Of a DNA stretch of 64,000 nucleotides, positions 12,062 to 26,902 are shown piece after piece. This DNA comes from Octopus sinensis (lineage: Eukaryota). Both the position numbers and the translations under genes were made by a program. Each line of letters begins with the position of its first letter. Position 1 is the first letter of the stretch. The stretch covers positions 69,688,001 through 69,752,000 of the forward strand of contig NC_043004.1 of assembly GCF_006345805.1 (NCBI RefSeq), read 5' to 3'. Under the pieces are notes generated by a model. That model had not been told where the DNA came from, made no database searches, and saw only the letters and a program-made list of their open reading frames with translations.

Positions 12062-15000
12062 AATTTATATACACTTAGTAAATACACACACATTAAATAC
12101 ATGTACTTTACATATGCATTGAATATACATACATCATTTATTGGACTTCTCATCACTGTTGTCTAGTTCTCGCTTCTATCGATTCGGTAACCATAACTTC
12201 TTATATTCTTCTAAATTCTATCCTAAAATATCTGCATTCTCCCTAAAGCATTTCATCATATTCTTCCTCCATGCAAAATTTCTTCAATTCAAACTAGAAT
12301 TTAATCAGATTTTTAAAATTATTTAACTGTTTGACGCCAACCTGTCTGAGACCATCCTTGATTCTTTGATACTAATTTATGTTGTAAACAGTTATTTTAC
12401 TGAATTCTTCATTATTTTGTAAAGGCGTGTGGCCTAGTAGTTAGGGTTTTGCACTCATGATTACCAGATTGTAGGTTCAATTCCCATACCAGGCAGCATG
12501 TTGTGTTTTTGAGCAAAATGTTTGTGTCACGTTGCTCTAGCACTGTGTGGAGAACTGGCATGCCAAAGAATAGACCCAGCGTTTCCACTGTGTGTCGTAA
12601 AAGGTAACTGAAAGAGGTTGAGGTAGGATTTGCGCTCTGACCGCATAAAACCCTCACCAGCGACCACTACACAGAACCATGGGTTGGAGGGTTGTCACCT
12701 GAGTGGGACAAATGTGTCATCTACCAGAAATAGGGAATCACTAGCAAATGGTGGATGCAATAATTCACTGTTACAGCGCATACCCCATACTGCTACTGCT
12801 GCTGCTTCATTATTTGCAAAATTACTTGAAGCAAAGGCAGTGTTTTCCATTAGAAATAGGAGTGGCTGTGCGGTAAGTAGCTTGCTTACCAAACACATGG
12901 TTCTGGGTTCATTCCCACTGCGTGGCACCTTGGGTAAATGTCTTCTACTACAGCCTCGGGCCAACCAAAGCCTTGTGAGTGGATTTGGTAGACAGAAACT
13001 GAAAGAAGCCCATCGTATATATGTATATATATATATGTATGTGCATGTATGTTTGTGTGTCTGTGTTTGTCTGTCATCCTTTCAGGGTCAATAAGATAAG
13101 GACCAGTTGAACACTGGGTTCTATGTAATTGACTTACCCACCTCCCCCAAAATTGCTGGCCTCATGCCAAAATTTGAAACCAAGATTAGTTTTTTTCAAG
13201 TATTTATAGAATGTTATTTAACCCCAGGCAGGCATTGGTCAAGAAGGTATATGATGAACAGAAAATCTAGCCATGACCATCCACTCATTCTTGTTTTTCG
13301 GATAGTGTATTTGATTTTTTTTCTGTAAGATTGTAAGGTGTGATTTGGGAAGTAATGGATTGGCTGCTATTTCTAGGAAATCTGGCAACCACGTAGAGGC
13401 TTCATCTTTTCTTTTTCTAGAATAACTCTTATAATAGTTGAATATTATGCCAGTGGTGTGAAACAGTGATAAGCTGCTTTCTAAGACCTCCTGCTTAGCA
13501 ACACTTAATTGTTCTGCCATTTGCATCTGTTGAAGACAACTTGCTTCAGGAAGTCACCATGTGGTAGGTCAATCTGACAGAAATAGCTGTTAAATCTCCC
13601 TCATTTCACATTATATCATCTTTAAAAAGAAAAAAAAGGGACACCTTGATTAAAGTACTCCACAACTCAAACTTCTTCAACTTTTAGCTCTGCTGGTTAA
13701 TGGCTGTCCTGAGGCGTACACAACAACAGCAATAACGACAGGAAGAAAACTAGCATCAGATAATGTACTCCTTGGTACACTATACCTGAATGACGCATCT
13801 TGAAATATATTATCTGATATGACTCTCTATACTGTGAGTTCAAATCACACTGAAATCAACTTTGCCTTTCACCATTTCAGGGTCAATAAAAAAAAAAGTA
13901 CCAGTCCAGAGCAGTACTTACTTATTTCAGCCCTTTATACCCTATAGAGTATTACCCATCAATGACTTTTTTTCCATTGCTCTCAACTTTGGACTATCTT
14001 TTCTGCTTCTCTTCAGTTGGATCCCTGCTTTTTTCCTTACAGCTCTTTTCAAATTCCACTGCACCTTGTCATATGAGAGAAGGCCTCAATCTTGTTGGCT
14101 TTAAATGCTCATCATTGTTTCTGTAGATTGCCCTTTTCTAAGTAAGGGTGTTTCCATCCACAAGCCCATTTTTACTTCTGGGAAGAGGTGGACCATATTA
14201 ATCTGGCCTCTATCCTTTGATCTGTTTTGCATGGGAGGCCCTACTAGGTGCTTTGTGCTCTGCTGGGATAGCTCTCATGGTTATTGAGGCATGCAAGCCA
14301 CCATAACAAGGACTGAGTGGCAGAATCCAGGGCAGTGGATTGAAAGGATTGTAAGAATGTCATACTGGATGCTTTGATGCTTTGCAATATTTTTTCTAGT
14401 TTTCCTTATGTTCTGAGTTCAAATTCTGCTATGGCATTTCAACATCACCACCTGGCACCTTGAATGTTTTGGGGCCAAGTCTTAAATTTGAGGGTATCTT
14501 GTTCCCTCCCTCCATCTCACCAGTTTCAGAGGGCCCATAAAGGGCCATGGGGTCATGGTCACTGTTCTTCCCTCCTGGCTAAAAGATGAAAAAGGAAAAG
14601 AAGGGATGGTCATTGTTAGAAGGTTTTTCACCAATAGGTCAGCTGGATTAGGGCAGATCTGGAACTAAATCACAACAATAAGAAAGGAGGAAACATTAGA
14701 GGATGTAGTCCTAGATACACTATTTCTGAATAAAAAGTTAAGATGTTCATTTTTTTAATATCTTTTTAGTCAGTGCTTGTAACCATTTACAGGGTCTCCA
14801 GGACTAGTTGGAGGAAAGAAGGGCTCCTCAAACGAGAGGCCTGGCTCGAATATTTGCAACATGGTGGGCTCCATTGAAGGCACCCAACAACCAGGTGGTA
14901 GTGTTAATTTGTATAGCAATTTCTATCTCCCGTCTGTGTATAAAATGTTTTAGATAATAGGTTTGAAGTGGGTGCTGCAGCTTGACCGTAACCAATGATG

Positions 15001-17088
15001 GTTAAAATAAACTAAAGAAACTAATTAAAACAAAAAGAAAAAGTTCTGTGTTCAATCAAGACTGACATAGCATCAATTGACAGTAACAACCTGATAAAGG
15101 TTTGGCAAGGAATTGGCTTGAAAACCTGTCTTTGGTGGGGCTGTTTATATTCCAACTTCATCATCATCATCGTTCTAACGTCCGCTTTTCCATGCTTGCA
15201 TGGGATGGACAGAAATTTTTGAGGCAGATTTTCTATAACTGTATGCAACTTCCTGTTGCTAATCTTCACCTGTTTCCAAGTAAAGTAACATTTCTCCAAG
15301 ACTAGACAATTTGTTTCCTTTTTTTTTTTTTGGCTAAGATTGGAAACAAAGGACAAGATTCCAACTCAAACACAAACAGTTGCATACATACACACGTACT
15401 TACATGCTGGTGATGATGACGACCAAGGAAGACCATTGCTGACATTCAGGAACATTGTGCACTCTAGAATATAGGGGGGAAAAAAAGCAGCCCATATCAA
15501 GCAGAGGTCAGCAACGCCTGTCCAATAAGGCTTGCATGACACCTCATAGACCCTCTCTACTCTAATGACATTATCCAAGAACAAGCCAGAGGAACATGTC
15601 TGGAACCAATATGAGTTGCAGGCTCAGGGATGTGGGAACGCCATGTTCTCTAGCACAAACCAAAGATCCCCATGGTTGGGTTGTCGGTGACTAAACTGGC
15701 ACCCCCACCAGGCTACTCTGGTGAGGAGGGTTGCTAGAAACCCAGCAGGATTAAAAACACAACCTGTTGAAAGGTCAGATGAACCTAGTGCAGGTTCAAC
15801 AGCTATCTAGGAATAGCATGGGTATGCAGAAATTCCAGGATGTTGTCCGGTGTGCTGGAAGACCACTGGGAGGGAGGCACCTCTCAGCTTCTGTTGAAGC
15901 TTGTCTCTAAGAGAAGGTCACTCTGATATAAAACCAGATATACAGGGAATGGCATTGGACATACATGCATACATAGTACAGGTGGGTAAGCTAAGAAATA
16001 GGGCTAACTCAAACTGTTTTAATTAATAATATCATCATCATTATTATTTGATGTCCATTTTCCATGCTGGCATGGGTTGGATGGTTCAACAGTAGTTGGC
16101 AAGCCAAAGAGCTACACCAGGCTCCATGTCTGTTTTGACATAGTTTCTACAGCTGAATGCCCATCTAATGTCAACCACTTTACAGTGTGTAATGGGTGTT
16201 TTGCATGATACCAGTACCAGCATAATAAACACACACACTGGGCTTCTTTCAGCTTCCATCTCCCAAATCTACTTGCATCAAGGAGGTAAGTCCTTCTGTA
16301 GTATAAAACATTTGTTCAATGTTCCATGCAGTGAGATAGAACCTGAGACCAAGTGGTTGGGAAGCAAGCTTCTTAACCAAACATCCACAATAGCACCTAT
16401 CAATGACAAAAAAAAAAAAATTTTTATAATTAAAAGCAACAATCAATATATCACCTCACAGTTCTCTCCAGTTACAGCTGAAGTGACATTCCAACAATCA
16501 ATTCTAATCTAGGACATAGTCTATTCACTGATTCAGTCATTCTGAACAAACTTGGCTGTCATGGAAATTTAAGATAACATTATGAACTTAAACAAAGGAT
16601 GCTTCTTTTCTCTCCTTTTCTGATGTTCTTGTTGATTAGCACCAGGTTAGACCTTGTCAGGCAGAACTATGACCATTCTGTCTTAAATATTTACAACTAA
16701 TTATCTAATTTCTTCTTCCATTTTTTCATGTTTTTAAATAGTAGGACATGCTTTGTGGGTGTTATTTTTAGCATGTTGAATGACCATATAGAGCTTTCTC
16801 CTTAGGCTCGTTTGTTCGTTAGTATATGTCAGTATTGAAACCATTTCTAAATGGATTGAAATTTTGTTTGTTTTAGGACAGTGGTTCTAAACTGGGGTCC
16901 ATATGGCTCTTGGAGGTCCACAGGAAGATTTTGTTAAAATTTATGTGAAATGAATTGGTTATACTTTTACTATACACAAAATATTTACCACACAGCTACA
17001 CCTGTACCTATATAACCACACCTGTAAAAATTCTGGTTAAGGGAAGATTAGTCTAATTTATGTAAATGAAACAACCATTGTAACTGTA

Positions 17089-17323
17089 AGGTGACAAACT
17101 GGCAGAAACGTTAGCATGCCGGGCGAAATACTTAGCAGGATTTCATCTGCCGCTACATTCTGAGTTCAAATTCCGCTGAGGTCAACTTTGTCTTTCATCC
17201 TTTCCGAGTCGATTAAATAAGTACCAGTTACGCACTGGGGTCGATATAATCGACTTAATCTGTTTCTCTGTCCTTGTTTGTCCCCTCTGTGTGTAGCCCC
17301 TTGTGGGCAGTAAAGAAATAAGA
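17089..17323 (+). mobile_element. SINE family B (ggcggcgagctggcagaaacg head; ctttcatcctttcggggtcga core; gggcaataaagaaataag tail)
   Basis: B box gagttcaaattcc. The core resembles the Meta-type SINE domain as I recall it. Confidence 0.85.
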
Positions 17324-17800
17324 ATATCCAACTGCTATCAGCAGACCCTCAAAGTTGATCTTGGCTTACTGGGTTTTAATGGGCTCAAGCAAATGAACAA
17401 AAGCACCACTGAGATGGTAGAGGTATTTGTGGAATAGGGGAAGGGGATATCACATGAATGAGTTTTTAATCAGGTCCAAAACTAGGTGATAAAGTTTATC
17501 AAAATCTACCAAAAAATGCCAAGAATTTATAACTAGCATTCTGAGAGAAAAGAGTTAACATTTGATACAGGCAAGATTTACTCGTTATTATTCTTTCTGT
17601 GAATATTGAAGTCATCATTCTGATTAACATTGAGGCACCCTTGTCCTAAAAGCATTGCTGGTAATCTCTCAGAGTGTAGGGTTACTAGCTCAACATGTAA
17701 TGGTGCCAAATGCAAAATGGTCAGGTACTGTGCATTTGCAGAAGATTGAAGTGTATGACATCAAGTCTGTCTTTCAACTGATGTTTCTGTCAGCTCGTAA

Positions 17801-17983
17801 GGCGGCGAGCTGGCAGAAACATTAGCATGCCAGCCGAAATGCTTAGCGGTATTTCGTTTGCTGCTACGTTCTGAGTTCAAATTCCGCTGAGGTTGACTTT
17901 CCCTTTCATCCTTTCGGGGTCGATTATATAAGTACCAGTTATGCACTGGGTTGATTAATCCCTTGTGGGCAGTAAAGGAATAA
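17801..17983 (+). mobile_element. SINE family B, internally deleted, with a 21-bp TSD
   Basis: aagtctgtctttcaactgatg at 17763 and 17982. Confidence 0.85.
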
Positions 17984-18991
17984 GTCTGTCTTTCAACTGA
18001 TGCTAACATCCTTTTAGGGTTCGTGTCCCTGTTGCATACAAAGGTGTACAGAGAGGAAATTGGTTTCATTTATATCTAATGAATGTTGCTTTGCTTGTGG
18101 CCAATTTCTCTGTTGGCACCAGCATAAAACTGTTACAGTTCCAGGTCTATGTAATTCCAAACTTTGGTTTCTGTGATAGCCAGCTGTGACCTACCTGACT
18201 TACGGCACAAAACATCCTGCATGAAACCATTCCAGTTTTCTGTTTTCTTTTTTTTTTACCTTTTTCTGCAGCTACTATGCACTGTGTCCATTCTTTGTTT
18301 AAGATTTAAGATGTAATTTGTAGGAAATTTACTTGATGCTTCTAGCAGATCAAGAGACCATACAGGGGCTTCTTTGTTCCTTAGTTGGTTCCACTTTGTC
18401 TCATTCATTGGAAAGAAATTTTTTTTTTTTTCGTGATTCTTCAAGAGAGATTTAACAACTGGTCGTCAAGCAATGATGGTAAGTGCATGTGTGCATGCGC
18501 ATGCACACACACACACACACACAAACACAAAACAGGCTTTCACAAAGATTTTGTCTACCAAATTCACTGACAAGGCATTGGTCGGCCCAGAGCTTCTTAG
18601 CCACACAGCATGCCATGTCTTTTTTATTTTTTCCATTCATTGTTTGTAGTAATTGCATATCTCAAGTTAATTACACTGGTTTATTAATTCATTTGTTAAG
18701 AATTGTTCCCCTAGATATGATTTTTATTTTAAGCCTCTTTATAATCAGTCTTTGAAAATAAAATTATATATATATATATATATGAAATGTCATCAACCAC
18801 AATGGTCTTAGCAATGAATAGAAAATAAGCATTGATGAATATATCATAGATACATAGAACAGTATTGACTTCTCTGTCTGTGTGTCCTGCATGTCTCTCT
18901 GTGTGTTGTAAGCTGATGATCTTTTGAAATAAGTCTGCCATATCTCCATAGCAGAAAGTAACTTTTTATTTTATTTTCATTCTACTTTCAT

Positions 18992-19102
<111 letters not shown>

Positions 19103-21295
19103 ATTTTTACCATCTACCTATTGTGTGCGCTGTTGGAGTGTATACTGTGTGTAGCACAAGAGAAGTGAGATTTCGCAGCATCCATTGGTCCTGTTGCCTG
19201 AAGCTGAAAAGGCTAAAGAAAGACTGGTGGATCATCTATCATTAATGATATTTGTCACAAAATCACAAAACCCCACCAAAAAGACACAGTACTGACTAAC
19301 TTAGACCTAGGAAGAAACTACAGCAGCAAGCATATTCTCTATAGCATGACCTTCTCTCACACACTCAATAAAATCTCAAAGAGAATTCTAAATCGCAAAA
19401 CAACTGTCTTGGCATCATCTTGGTTGGTGATGGTTCTAACATTGTTTGCATTATAGTAAACTAAAGATTTATATCTTTACTACTGCTGTGTATTTTCTTT
19501 TAATTACATACATGTATACACACACACACACACACACACAAACACATGCAATCACAACCACATGATGGGCTTCTTTCACTTTCTGTCTACCAAATCTACT
19601 TACAAAGGCTTTGGTCAGCCCAGGGCTCTTTATAGTAGACATTTGCCCAAGGTGCTTCAGTGTGGGACTGAACCTGATGCCACGTGGTTGGGAAACAAGC
19701 TTCTTAACTACAGTAATGCCTGCACCTGTATTGTATCTATTTATGCAGACACTGTGTATCTAGGATTACATTGTCTCCTATGTGTTTTCTTACCTATTTT
19801 TAAGTGGCAAGTGGTAATCTGAGAGGGATTTGGCTACTTTTTCTTGAAGAGAAATCCACCTCACCTCACCCCACCTCACTTCACCCTCACTCCTTTGTTG
19901 GCTTGTTGCTTTATAAGGTGAGTTTCGTTGAGATGGGTCTGGCAACTCCTCACAGTTCTTGTTTATAGCTGTTTCGCTTCTCTATATTGTTAAAGCTCCT
20001 GGAAAGGGAATATGAAAGTCGCACTACCTTCGGCCCATTCCATTCTGCTCCTCACCAATCCTTCTTTAATGCTTAAGGATTTCTGCCACAAATCCACTTT
20101 GTTAATACATGGTCACTTGACCCACTAGAAATAACTGCTAAATTTGTCTCAAACTATATCTTGCCTCCTTCAAAGAGAACACATTGGATAATATGGTCTT
20201 AGGTTCATATAGCTTGAGAGAAAGACAGGATCGTCATAAATGGAATGCCTTTGATCATAGGTCTGCTAGATAAGAGTTGGCCAAGGGTTAAACAACAATG
20301 ACACCAATGCCACAGCTACAGAGTTAGATTAATGGGAGATTATCCGAAGTAAGGATAATCTCACATTAATCTAAAACTTTGGCTGTCATCACCTACACTC
20401 TCCTAATGCTTTTGAGAACAGCATGGACATCACTGCAACTTCTTTGGTCTTCACCTGATGTCATCTATATGACCCCTACCCACCCCACCTCTTTTGAGGA
20501 ATATGGATGGTCACAAGTTGTCAAGCAGAAAATAAACAGTTTTAATGTGTGAATCTTATATTTATAAAGACACAGGCATGGCTGTGTGGTTAAGAAGCTC
20601 ACTTTGCTATCATATGGTTTTGGGTTCAGTCCCACTATGCAGCTCCTTGGGCAACATGTCTTCTATATCCCTGGGTTGACCAATGCCTTGTGAGTAAATT
20701 TGGTAGAGAAAAATTGTGTGGAAGCCCATATTTGTGTATGTGTGTCTCCATCACCACTTCACAACCAGTGTTGGTTTGTTTACATCCCTGTAGGTTAGGA
20801 GTTCAACAAAAGGGAAGGTAGAATAAGTACCAGAGTTTAAAAAAAAAAAAGCATTGGGATCAATTTATTTGACTAAAACTCTTTATGGCTGCAATCCAGT
20901 GAGTGAAGCAGTTAAAAGATAAGAAAGTAAATTGTTAATTTTTCATATGTGAGTGTTTCCATGTGTACCAACATTATCATCATCATCATCATTATTATCA
21001 TGTGCATTAATAAGGGCAATGACAGAAAGAGAACCATGGAAAGAGAGAATATTAGTATAATGGAGAAAGAGATAATGTGACAGTAAGACATGGATAGGCA
21101 GCTACATGAAGGTAATTGGTAAGGAGGTTGACTAGTAAAACAACATTTACAGCAAGATTGTAGGAGGGGTGAAGAAAAAGGGATTGTTTTGTTTTGAGGA
21201 AACATGAAGGCATGAAAATAATCGGGTATTTTTAGCAAATTTAAATAATCATTTGGTTGTAGACAGCAATCTGTTTTAAAACTGTCCATCACTCA

Positions 21296-21750
21296 TAATA
21301 ATAATAATAATTGTGTACAGTGCTCAGGTGCACTACAACTCATCTAAAGTGTATATATAATCAGGTGTAGTTTCGACGGATTTCGGGAAGCATGAGGGCC
21401 TTAAAGGATGCAGCGTCATGGCAGTCAACAACTGATGCAGGCAGTTTATTCCACGCTTCAGCAACTCTGAGCATGAAAAAATGTTTCCGAAAGTCATGGG
21501 AGCTGTGCTGTTTTCTGACTTTGTAGGCATGTCCACATGTGTTAGACAAAAGGAGATCAAAAGGAGATCATGTGAATGTCTGTGAGATAGTGAAGAGTTT
21601 TGCTTATAATATATGATACACACTCTTTTATCAGCTTCATATGTGTTTACATACACCAGTTGTATTAACTTTAGGGAGTGACATCTCCATAACAGCGGCA
21701 TTCGTGATGGCTTCTTTGTACAGTGGAATATTATGTTGACAGTACACTCC
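21296..21750 (-). mobile_element. CR1-type LINE 3' end
   Basis: SNTCGHAYKVRKQHSSHDFRKHFFMLRVAEAWNKLPASVV, the typical CR1 ORF2 end, with a (TAT)n tail. Confidence 0.8.
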
Positions 21751-22075
21751 CTCATGTTCGCTTTAACAGCACTCACAGCAATAACATGCTGTATGCTTGT
21801 CTGTGGTTGAGAAGCTTGCCTCTTAACCATGTGATCTTAGGTTCAGTCCCTTTGTACAACTCCTTGAGCAGGTGTCTTCCACTAAATCTCTGGGACAGAC
21901 AAAGCCTTGTGTGTGTGTGTGTGTGTGTGTGTGTTTCTCCCTCACCATCACTTGACAATCAGTATTGTTTTATTTTTTTTTTGCATCTGCCTAACTTAGC
22001 AGTTCAGCAAAAGAAACTAATAGAACAATTGCCAGGTTTAAGAAAATAAGTCCTGGAATGGAAGAGATTGACTAG

Positions 22076-22492
22076 GCGCAGGAAGGGCCGTGTGGAAAGT
22101 AGCTTGCTTACCAACCACATGGTTCCAGGTTCAGTCCCACTGCGTGGCACCTTGGGCAAGTGTCTTCTGCTATAGCCCCGGGCCAACCAATGCCTTGTGA
22201 GTGGATTTGGTAGACGGAAACTGAAAGAAGCCTGTCGTATATATGTATATATATATATAAGTGTGTGTGTATATGTGTTTGTGTGTCTGTGTTTGTCCCC
22301 CTAGTATTGCTTGACAACTGATGCTGGTGTGTTTACATCCCCGTCACTTAGCGGTTCGGCAAAAGAGACCGATAGAATAAGTACTGGGCTTACAAAGAAT
22401 AAGTCCCGGGGTCAATTTGCTCGACTAAAGGCGGTGCTCCAGCATGGCCGCAGTCAAAATGACTGAAACAAGTAAAAAAGAGTAAAGAGAGA
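22076..22492 (+). mobile_element. SINE family A (young), adjacent to an older copy at about 21790-22065
   Basis: Near-consensus sequence. Confidence 0.88.
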
Positions 22493-23348
22493 AAGCTGGA
22501 ATTACAGAATCAGTAGAACATGAATTGGAAAAAAATCCCATTGTATGTTCAACTCCTACCATATTCAACTTTTCTGTTTATTGTTCCAGGGTCAGTTAAA
22601 TACAATACCAGTTTGCTACTGGGGTCAGTCTGTAAGTAAACAAGTATATATTTAATGAGAACCTGACATATTTGACATGTCCTTGGATGTTAATTGCCAA
22701 GCTTTGCAAAAAAAAAAATTGGAATTTACCGTCTGTTGTGTAATAACCTGCTCCTCGTCTCCTCCATTAATTCTAATTTTCAGCAAATGATCCACATCAC
22801 CCACTCATAAGTTTAATGGCAATCAGTGTGAAATTTAGGTCTAATTTGTTAGTTTATTGGCATGTTTAAGAGAAGCTCGTTAGAGGTAAATCTGGTTGAA
22901 AACATCTCTTGGCTCAAAACAAGAGTGGGACATATTTATACTTTGTGATAAAAGTTTGTTTCAGAAGAAATGTAGTATGGGGAATATATGGCAGAAGAAT
23001 CACCAGCACTGTGTGTGTGTGTGCATGTAAGAGAGAGAGTGTTTTAAAAAGTAGGTTTTGTTTGTTTGTTTTCATCAAGTTCTTGTCCAAATTGATTGCA
23101 AAACATATATCATTAGCTAACTTCAACCAGATGCTTAGAAGGTATTTCCTAATTCTTCAAACTTTGTTTGAAAAGAAACATTATGCAATTAATTTAAGGG
23201 TAGTAACTAGTTTTGGTGCGGTTAACCAATGCTTGCGGCTGAAATTGAGAGAGAAAAACCTATGGGTACCAATCTTATTCATGTGTGTGGATGTGTGTAT
23301 CTGTGCCTTCACCTGAAAATGTTGGGCCCCAAAATATTGATAATTGTT

Positions 23349-23726
23349 AGGAGTGGCTGTGTGGTAAGTAGCTTGCTAACCAACCACATGGTTCCGGGTT
23401 CAATCCTACTGCGTGGCATCTTGGGCAAGTGTCTTCTGCTATAGCCCCGGGCCAATGCCTTGTGAGTGGATTTGGTAGACGGAAACTAAAAGAAGCCTGT
23501 CGTATATATGTATATATATATGTGTGTGTTTGTGTGTCTGTGTTTGTCCCCCTAGCATTGCTCGACAACCGATGCTGGTGAGTTTATGTTCCCGTTACCT
23601 AGCGGTTCAGCAAAAGGATCGATAGAATAAGTACTGGGCTTACAAAAGAATAAGTCCCGGGGTCGAGTTGCTCGATTAAAGGCGGTGCTCCAGCATGGCC
23701 GCAGTCAAATGACTGAAACAAGTAAG
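23349..23726 (+). mobile_element. SINE family A
   Basis: Near-consensus sequence. Confidence 0.88.
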
Positions 23727-25094
23727 GTTGACAAATAAGCATCACATTCCACAGAGTATTCTAAATGCTAAGAAGTTAAATGACAATGATGATGATGATA
23801 CCTGGAGTGATAATTAGAAGGAGGAGGAGGATTTTTTAAGGTAATGGTGGGAGTATGTACTAATTAGCCTGATGTATGAAGGCACATGGCTTAGTGGTTA
23901 GGGTATTCAGCTTACAATCTTAAAGTCATGAGTTCAATTCCTGGCTGCATGTAGTGTCCTTGAGCAAGACACTTTACTCCAGTTTATTCAGATGCAAAAA
24001 ATCAGCAGTAGTACCCTTAATTAAAAGGGCCAGCTTTATCGCATTCTATGTCATGTTGAATCTCCCTGAGAACTAAGTTAAGGGTACACGTGTCTATGGA
24101 GTGCTCAGCTGCTTTCATGTTAATTTCACTGGAACCCCTGTCATCGTAACTGATAGAGCACCAGTTAGCCTGTTGTTGATGTGTATTTTACGATCCCCCC
24201 CCCACCTTGATACTTATCCACAATGAAATGAATAGGAAAGTCGACCTTTCAAGGATTTGAACTCAGCTCACCAAAATACTGACTTAGATTCACTAAAACA
24301 ACTAATGAGGTTTTCTGCTTGATAGAAATTATGCCTTCGTTATACTTAAAGCCATTACTTTTGTTTATTATTTGTTTTTGTTTATTTGTTTTGTTTGGTG
24401 TTTAACTCCAGCTCTGCTCTCCTTCAAACTGACTTATGATCCAAGACATTCTAGTTATAGTCAGATCATTTTATTTTCTGACAAAGTATATCTAGGAATA
24501 CATTATCCTATGTAACAAGCTTTGTTTAAGACGGCAAGAAGGATGCAACTAAAGGAGATCATCATCATCATCATCATTTAGCGTCCGCTTTCCATGCTGG
24601 CATGGGTTGGACGGTTCAACTGGGGTCTGCGAAGCTAGAAGGCTGCATCAGGCCCAGTCTGATCTGGCAGTGTTTCTACGGCTGGATGCCCTTCCTAACG
24701 CCAACCACTCCGTGAGTGTGGTGGGTGCTTTTTATGTGCCACTCGCACAGGTGCCAGACGGAGCTGGCAAATGGTGCTTTTTACATGGCTGTTATTTCTA
24801 ACAGGTCAAATGAACACTTAGAAACCTTTCCTTCTTTAACATGTATTTTTTTTTTTTGTATGCAGACAGTTAAGGAATGAATTTTAAGATTCCACCTCAT
24901 TATATAACTAACTTGTAATCATTATAATTAACATTTTCATAATTTTACATTTCAAATTCATTATACTGTTATAATTATTGTAATTGCCATCAGCTCATTA
25001 TATAACCAGTAATCATAATTATTATTGTTCTAATTACACCATCATCATCATACAAATAAATAACATTAATTGACAGGTGTTTCCTAAAACTGTT

Positions 25095-25494
25095 ACTCTT
25101 TTACTTGTTTCAGTCATTTGACTACAGCCATGCTGGAGCACCGCCTTTAATTGAGCAACTCGACCCTGGCACTTATTCTTTGTAAGGCCAGTACTTATTC
25201 TATCGGTCTGTTTTGCCGAACCGCTAAGTGACGGGGACATAAACACACCAGCATCGGTTGTCAAGCAATGCTAGGGGAACAAACACAGACACACAAACAC
25301 ACACACATACATATATATATATATACACATATATACGACAGGCTTCTTTCAGTTTCCGTCTACCAAATCCACTCACAAGGCTTTGGTCAGTCTGAAGCTA
25401 TAGTAGAAGACACTTGCCCAAGGTGCCACACAGTGGGACTGAACCCGGAACCATGTGGTTGGTAAACAAGCTACTTACCACACAGCCACTCCTG
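25095..25494 (-). mobile_element. SINE family A
   Basis: Reverse complement of the consensus. Confidence 0.88.
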
Positions 25495-25860
25495 TGACTG
25501 TTCATTGGTTTCTAGGAAGGAAGTTTATGGTATAAAAAGAATTCTTTTGAAACCAAGAAATTTTGTTATTTCCATTATAGTTACATCAGGAAGTGTATTT
25601 ATATAGAGGACAAATAGTTATACAGTGACATGTCCCAAAGCCAAGGTGCCACATAAAAGGCATGGTTATGGGTGTTGGTGTCAAGCAAAAGCACTGTTTA
25701 TGGTTCCACGTAAAACGCACCCAGTACACTCTGTAAAGTGGTTGGCATTAAGAAGAGCATCCAGTTGTAGAAACCAGGCCAAAACAGACTATGAAACCTG
25801 ATGTGGCCCCTGACCTTGCCAGTTCCTGTCAAGTAATCCAACCCATGCCACAATGGAAAA

Positions 25861-26259
25861 TCTTTATATATAAAAGAGAGGTTGTGTGCTGTCTGTCTCC
25901 TACGATTTAGATTCCTAACTACTCCCACATTTTGCAGTGCAGTGTAACCAAAACCGGGCATCTTATAGTCGTGATTCATATCGAACCCTTCTGGGTATTA
26001 GCGTGCGTCTTCGATGAGTCTACGATTTTAAAAGAAAATTTACCATCAATTTTTCCCATTTTTTAATGCATTTTTGGCATATATAAGGGAAGTAACTCTC
26101 TAAAAATTAATTATTAAATCTCAGAACATAAAAAGCTACAGTAACACCCCCCCCTTTGTGGTTAGCCATATTGAGATGGCTATTATACTTTACATCTCTA
26201 AAAATGCTTATATAGTTATTTCCCTTACAAACCCGAGCAACGCCGGGTGATACTGCTAG
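25861..26259 (+). mobile_element. Non-autonomous Helitron inserted into a SINE tail
   Basis: 5' TC start, subterminal hairpin cccgagcaacgccggg, 3' CTAG end. Inserted between A25860 and T26260 with no TSD. Confidence 0.88.
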
Positions 26260-26297
26260 TAGATGATAAATGTTGATGATGATGATATATATATTTA

Positions 26298-26869
26298 GAG
26301 GTGGCTGTATGCTAACAAGCTTAATTTCCAACCACATGGTTCCAGGTTCAGTCTCACTGTGTGGCACCTTGGGCAAGTGTCTTCAACAATAGACTCAGGC
26401 CAACCAAAGCCTTGTGAGTGAATTTGGTAGATGGAAACTGAAAGAAGCCTGTCATGTTTATATGTATGTGTATGTGTGTGTGTTTACAACCCTGTAACTT
26501 AGCGGTTCAGCAAAAGAGACTGATAGAATAAGTACTAAGCTTAAGAAATAAGTCCGGGGGTCAATTTGTTCGACTTGAACCCCTCAGGGTGGTGCTCCAG
26601 CATGGCCGCAGTCAAATGACTGAAACAAGTAAAGGAATATATATATATTCTTTTATTCATTTATTTGTTTCAGTCATTTGACTCCGGCCATACTGGAGCA
26701 CCACCTTTAGTCAAGCAAATCGACCCCAGGACTTATTCTTTGTAAGTCTAGTACTTATTCTATCCGTGTCTTTTGCTGAACTGCTAAATTACAGGGATGT
26801 AAACACACCACCATCAGTTGTGAAGTGATGTTGGGGGGACAAACACAGGCACAAATGTATGTGTATGTA

Positions 26870-26902
<33 letters not shown>

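Noticed and set aside
15400-15950. Sequence resembling an RTE-type 5' UTR derivative
   Set aside because: The resemblance is from vague recall only, with no second copy, TSD or ORF to support it.
18272-18302. Strong acceptor followed by YYALC, reminiscent of GRK DYxSLC
   Set aside because: There is a stop after 9 codons, no donor and no QPIG motif.
19189-19300. Open stretch HPLVLLPEAEKAKERLVDHLSL after tttcgcag
   Set aside because: It has no similarity to GRK RH-domain sequence and no convincing donor site.
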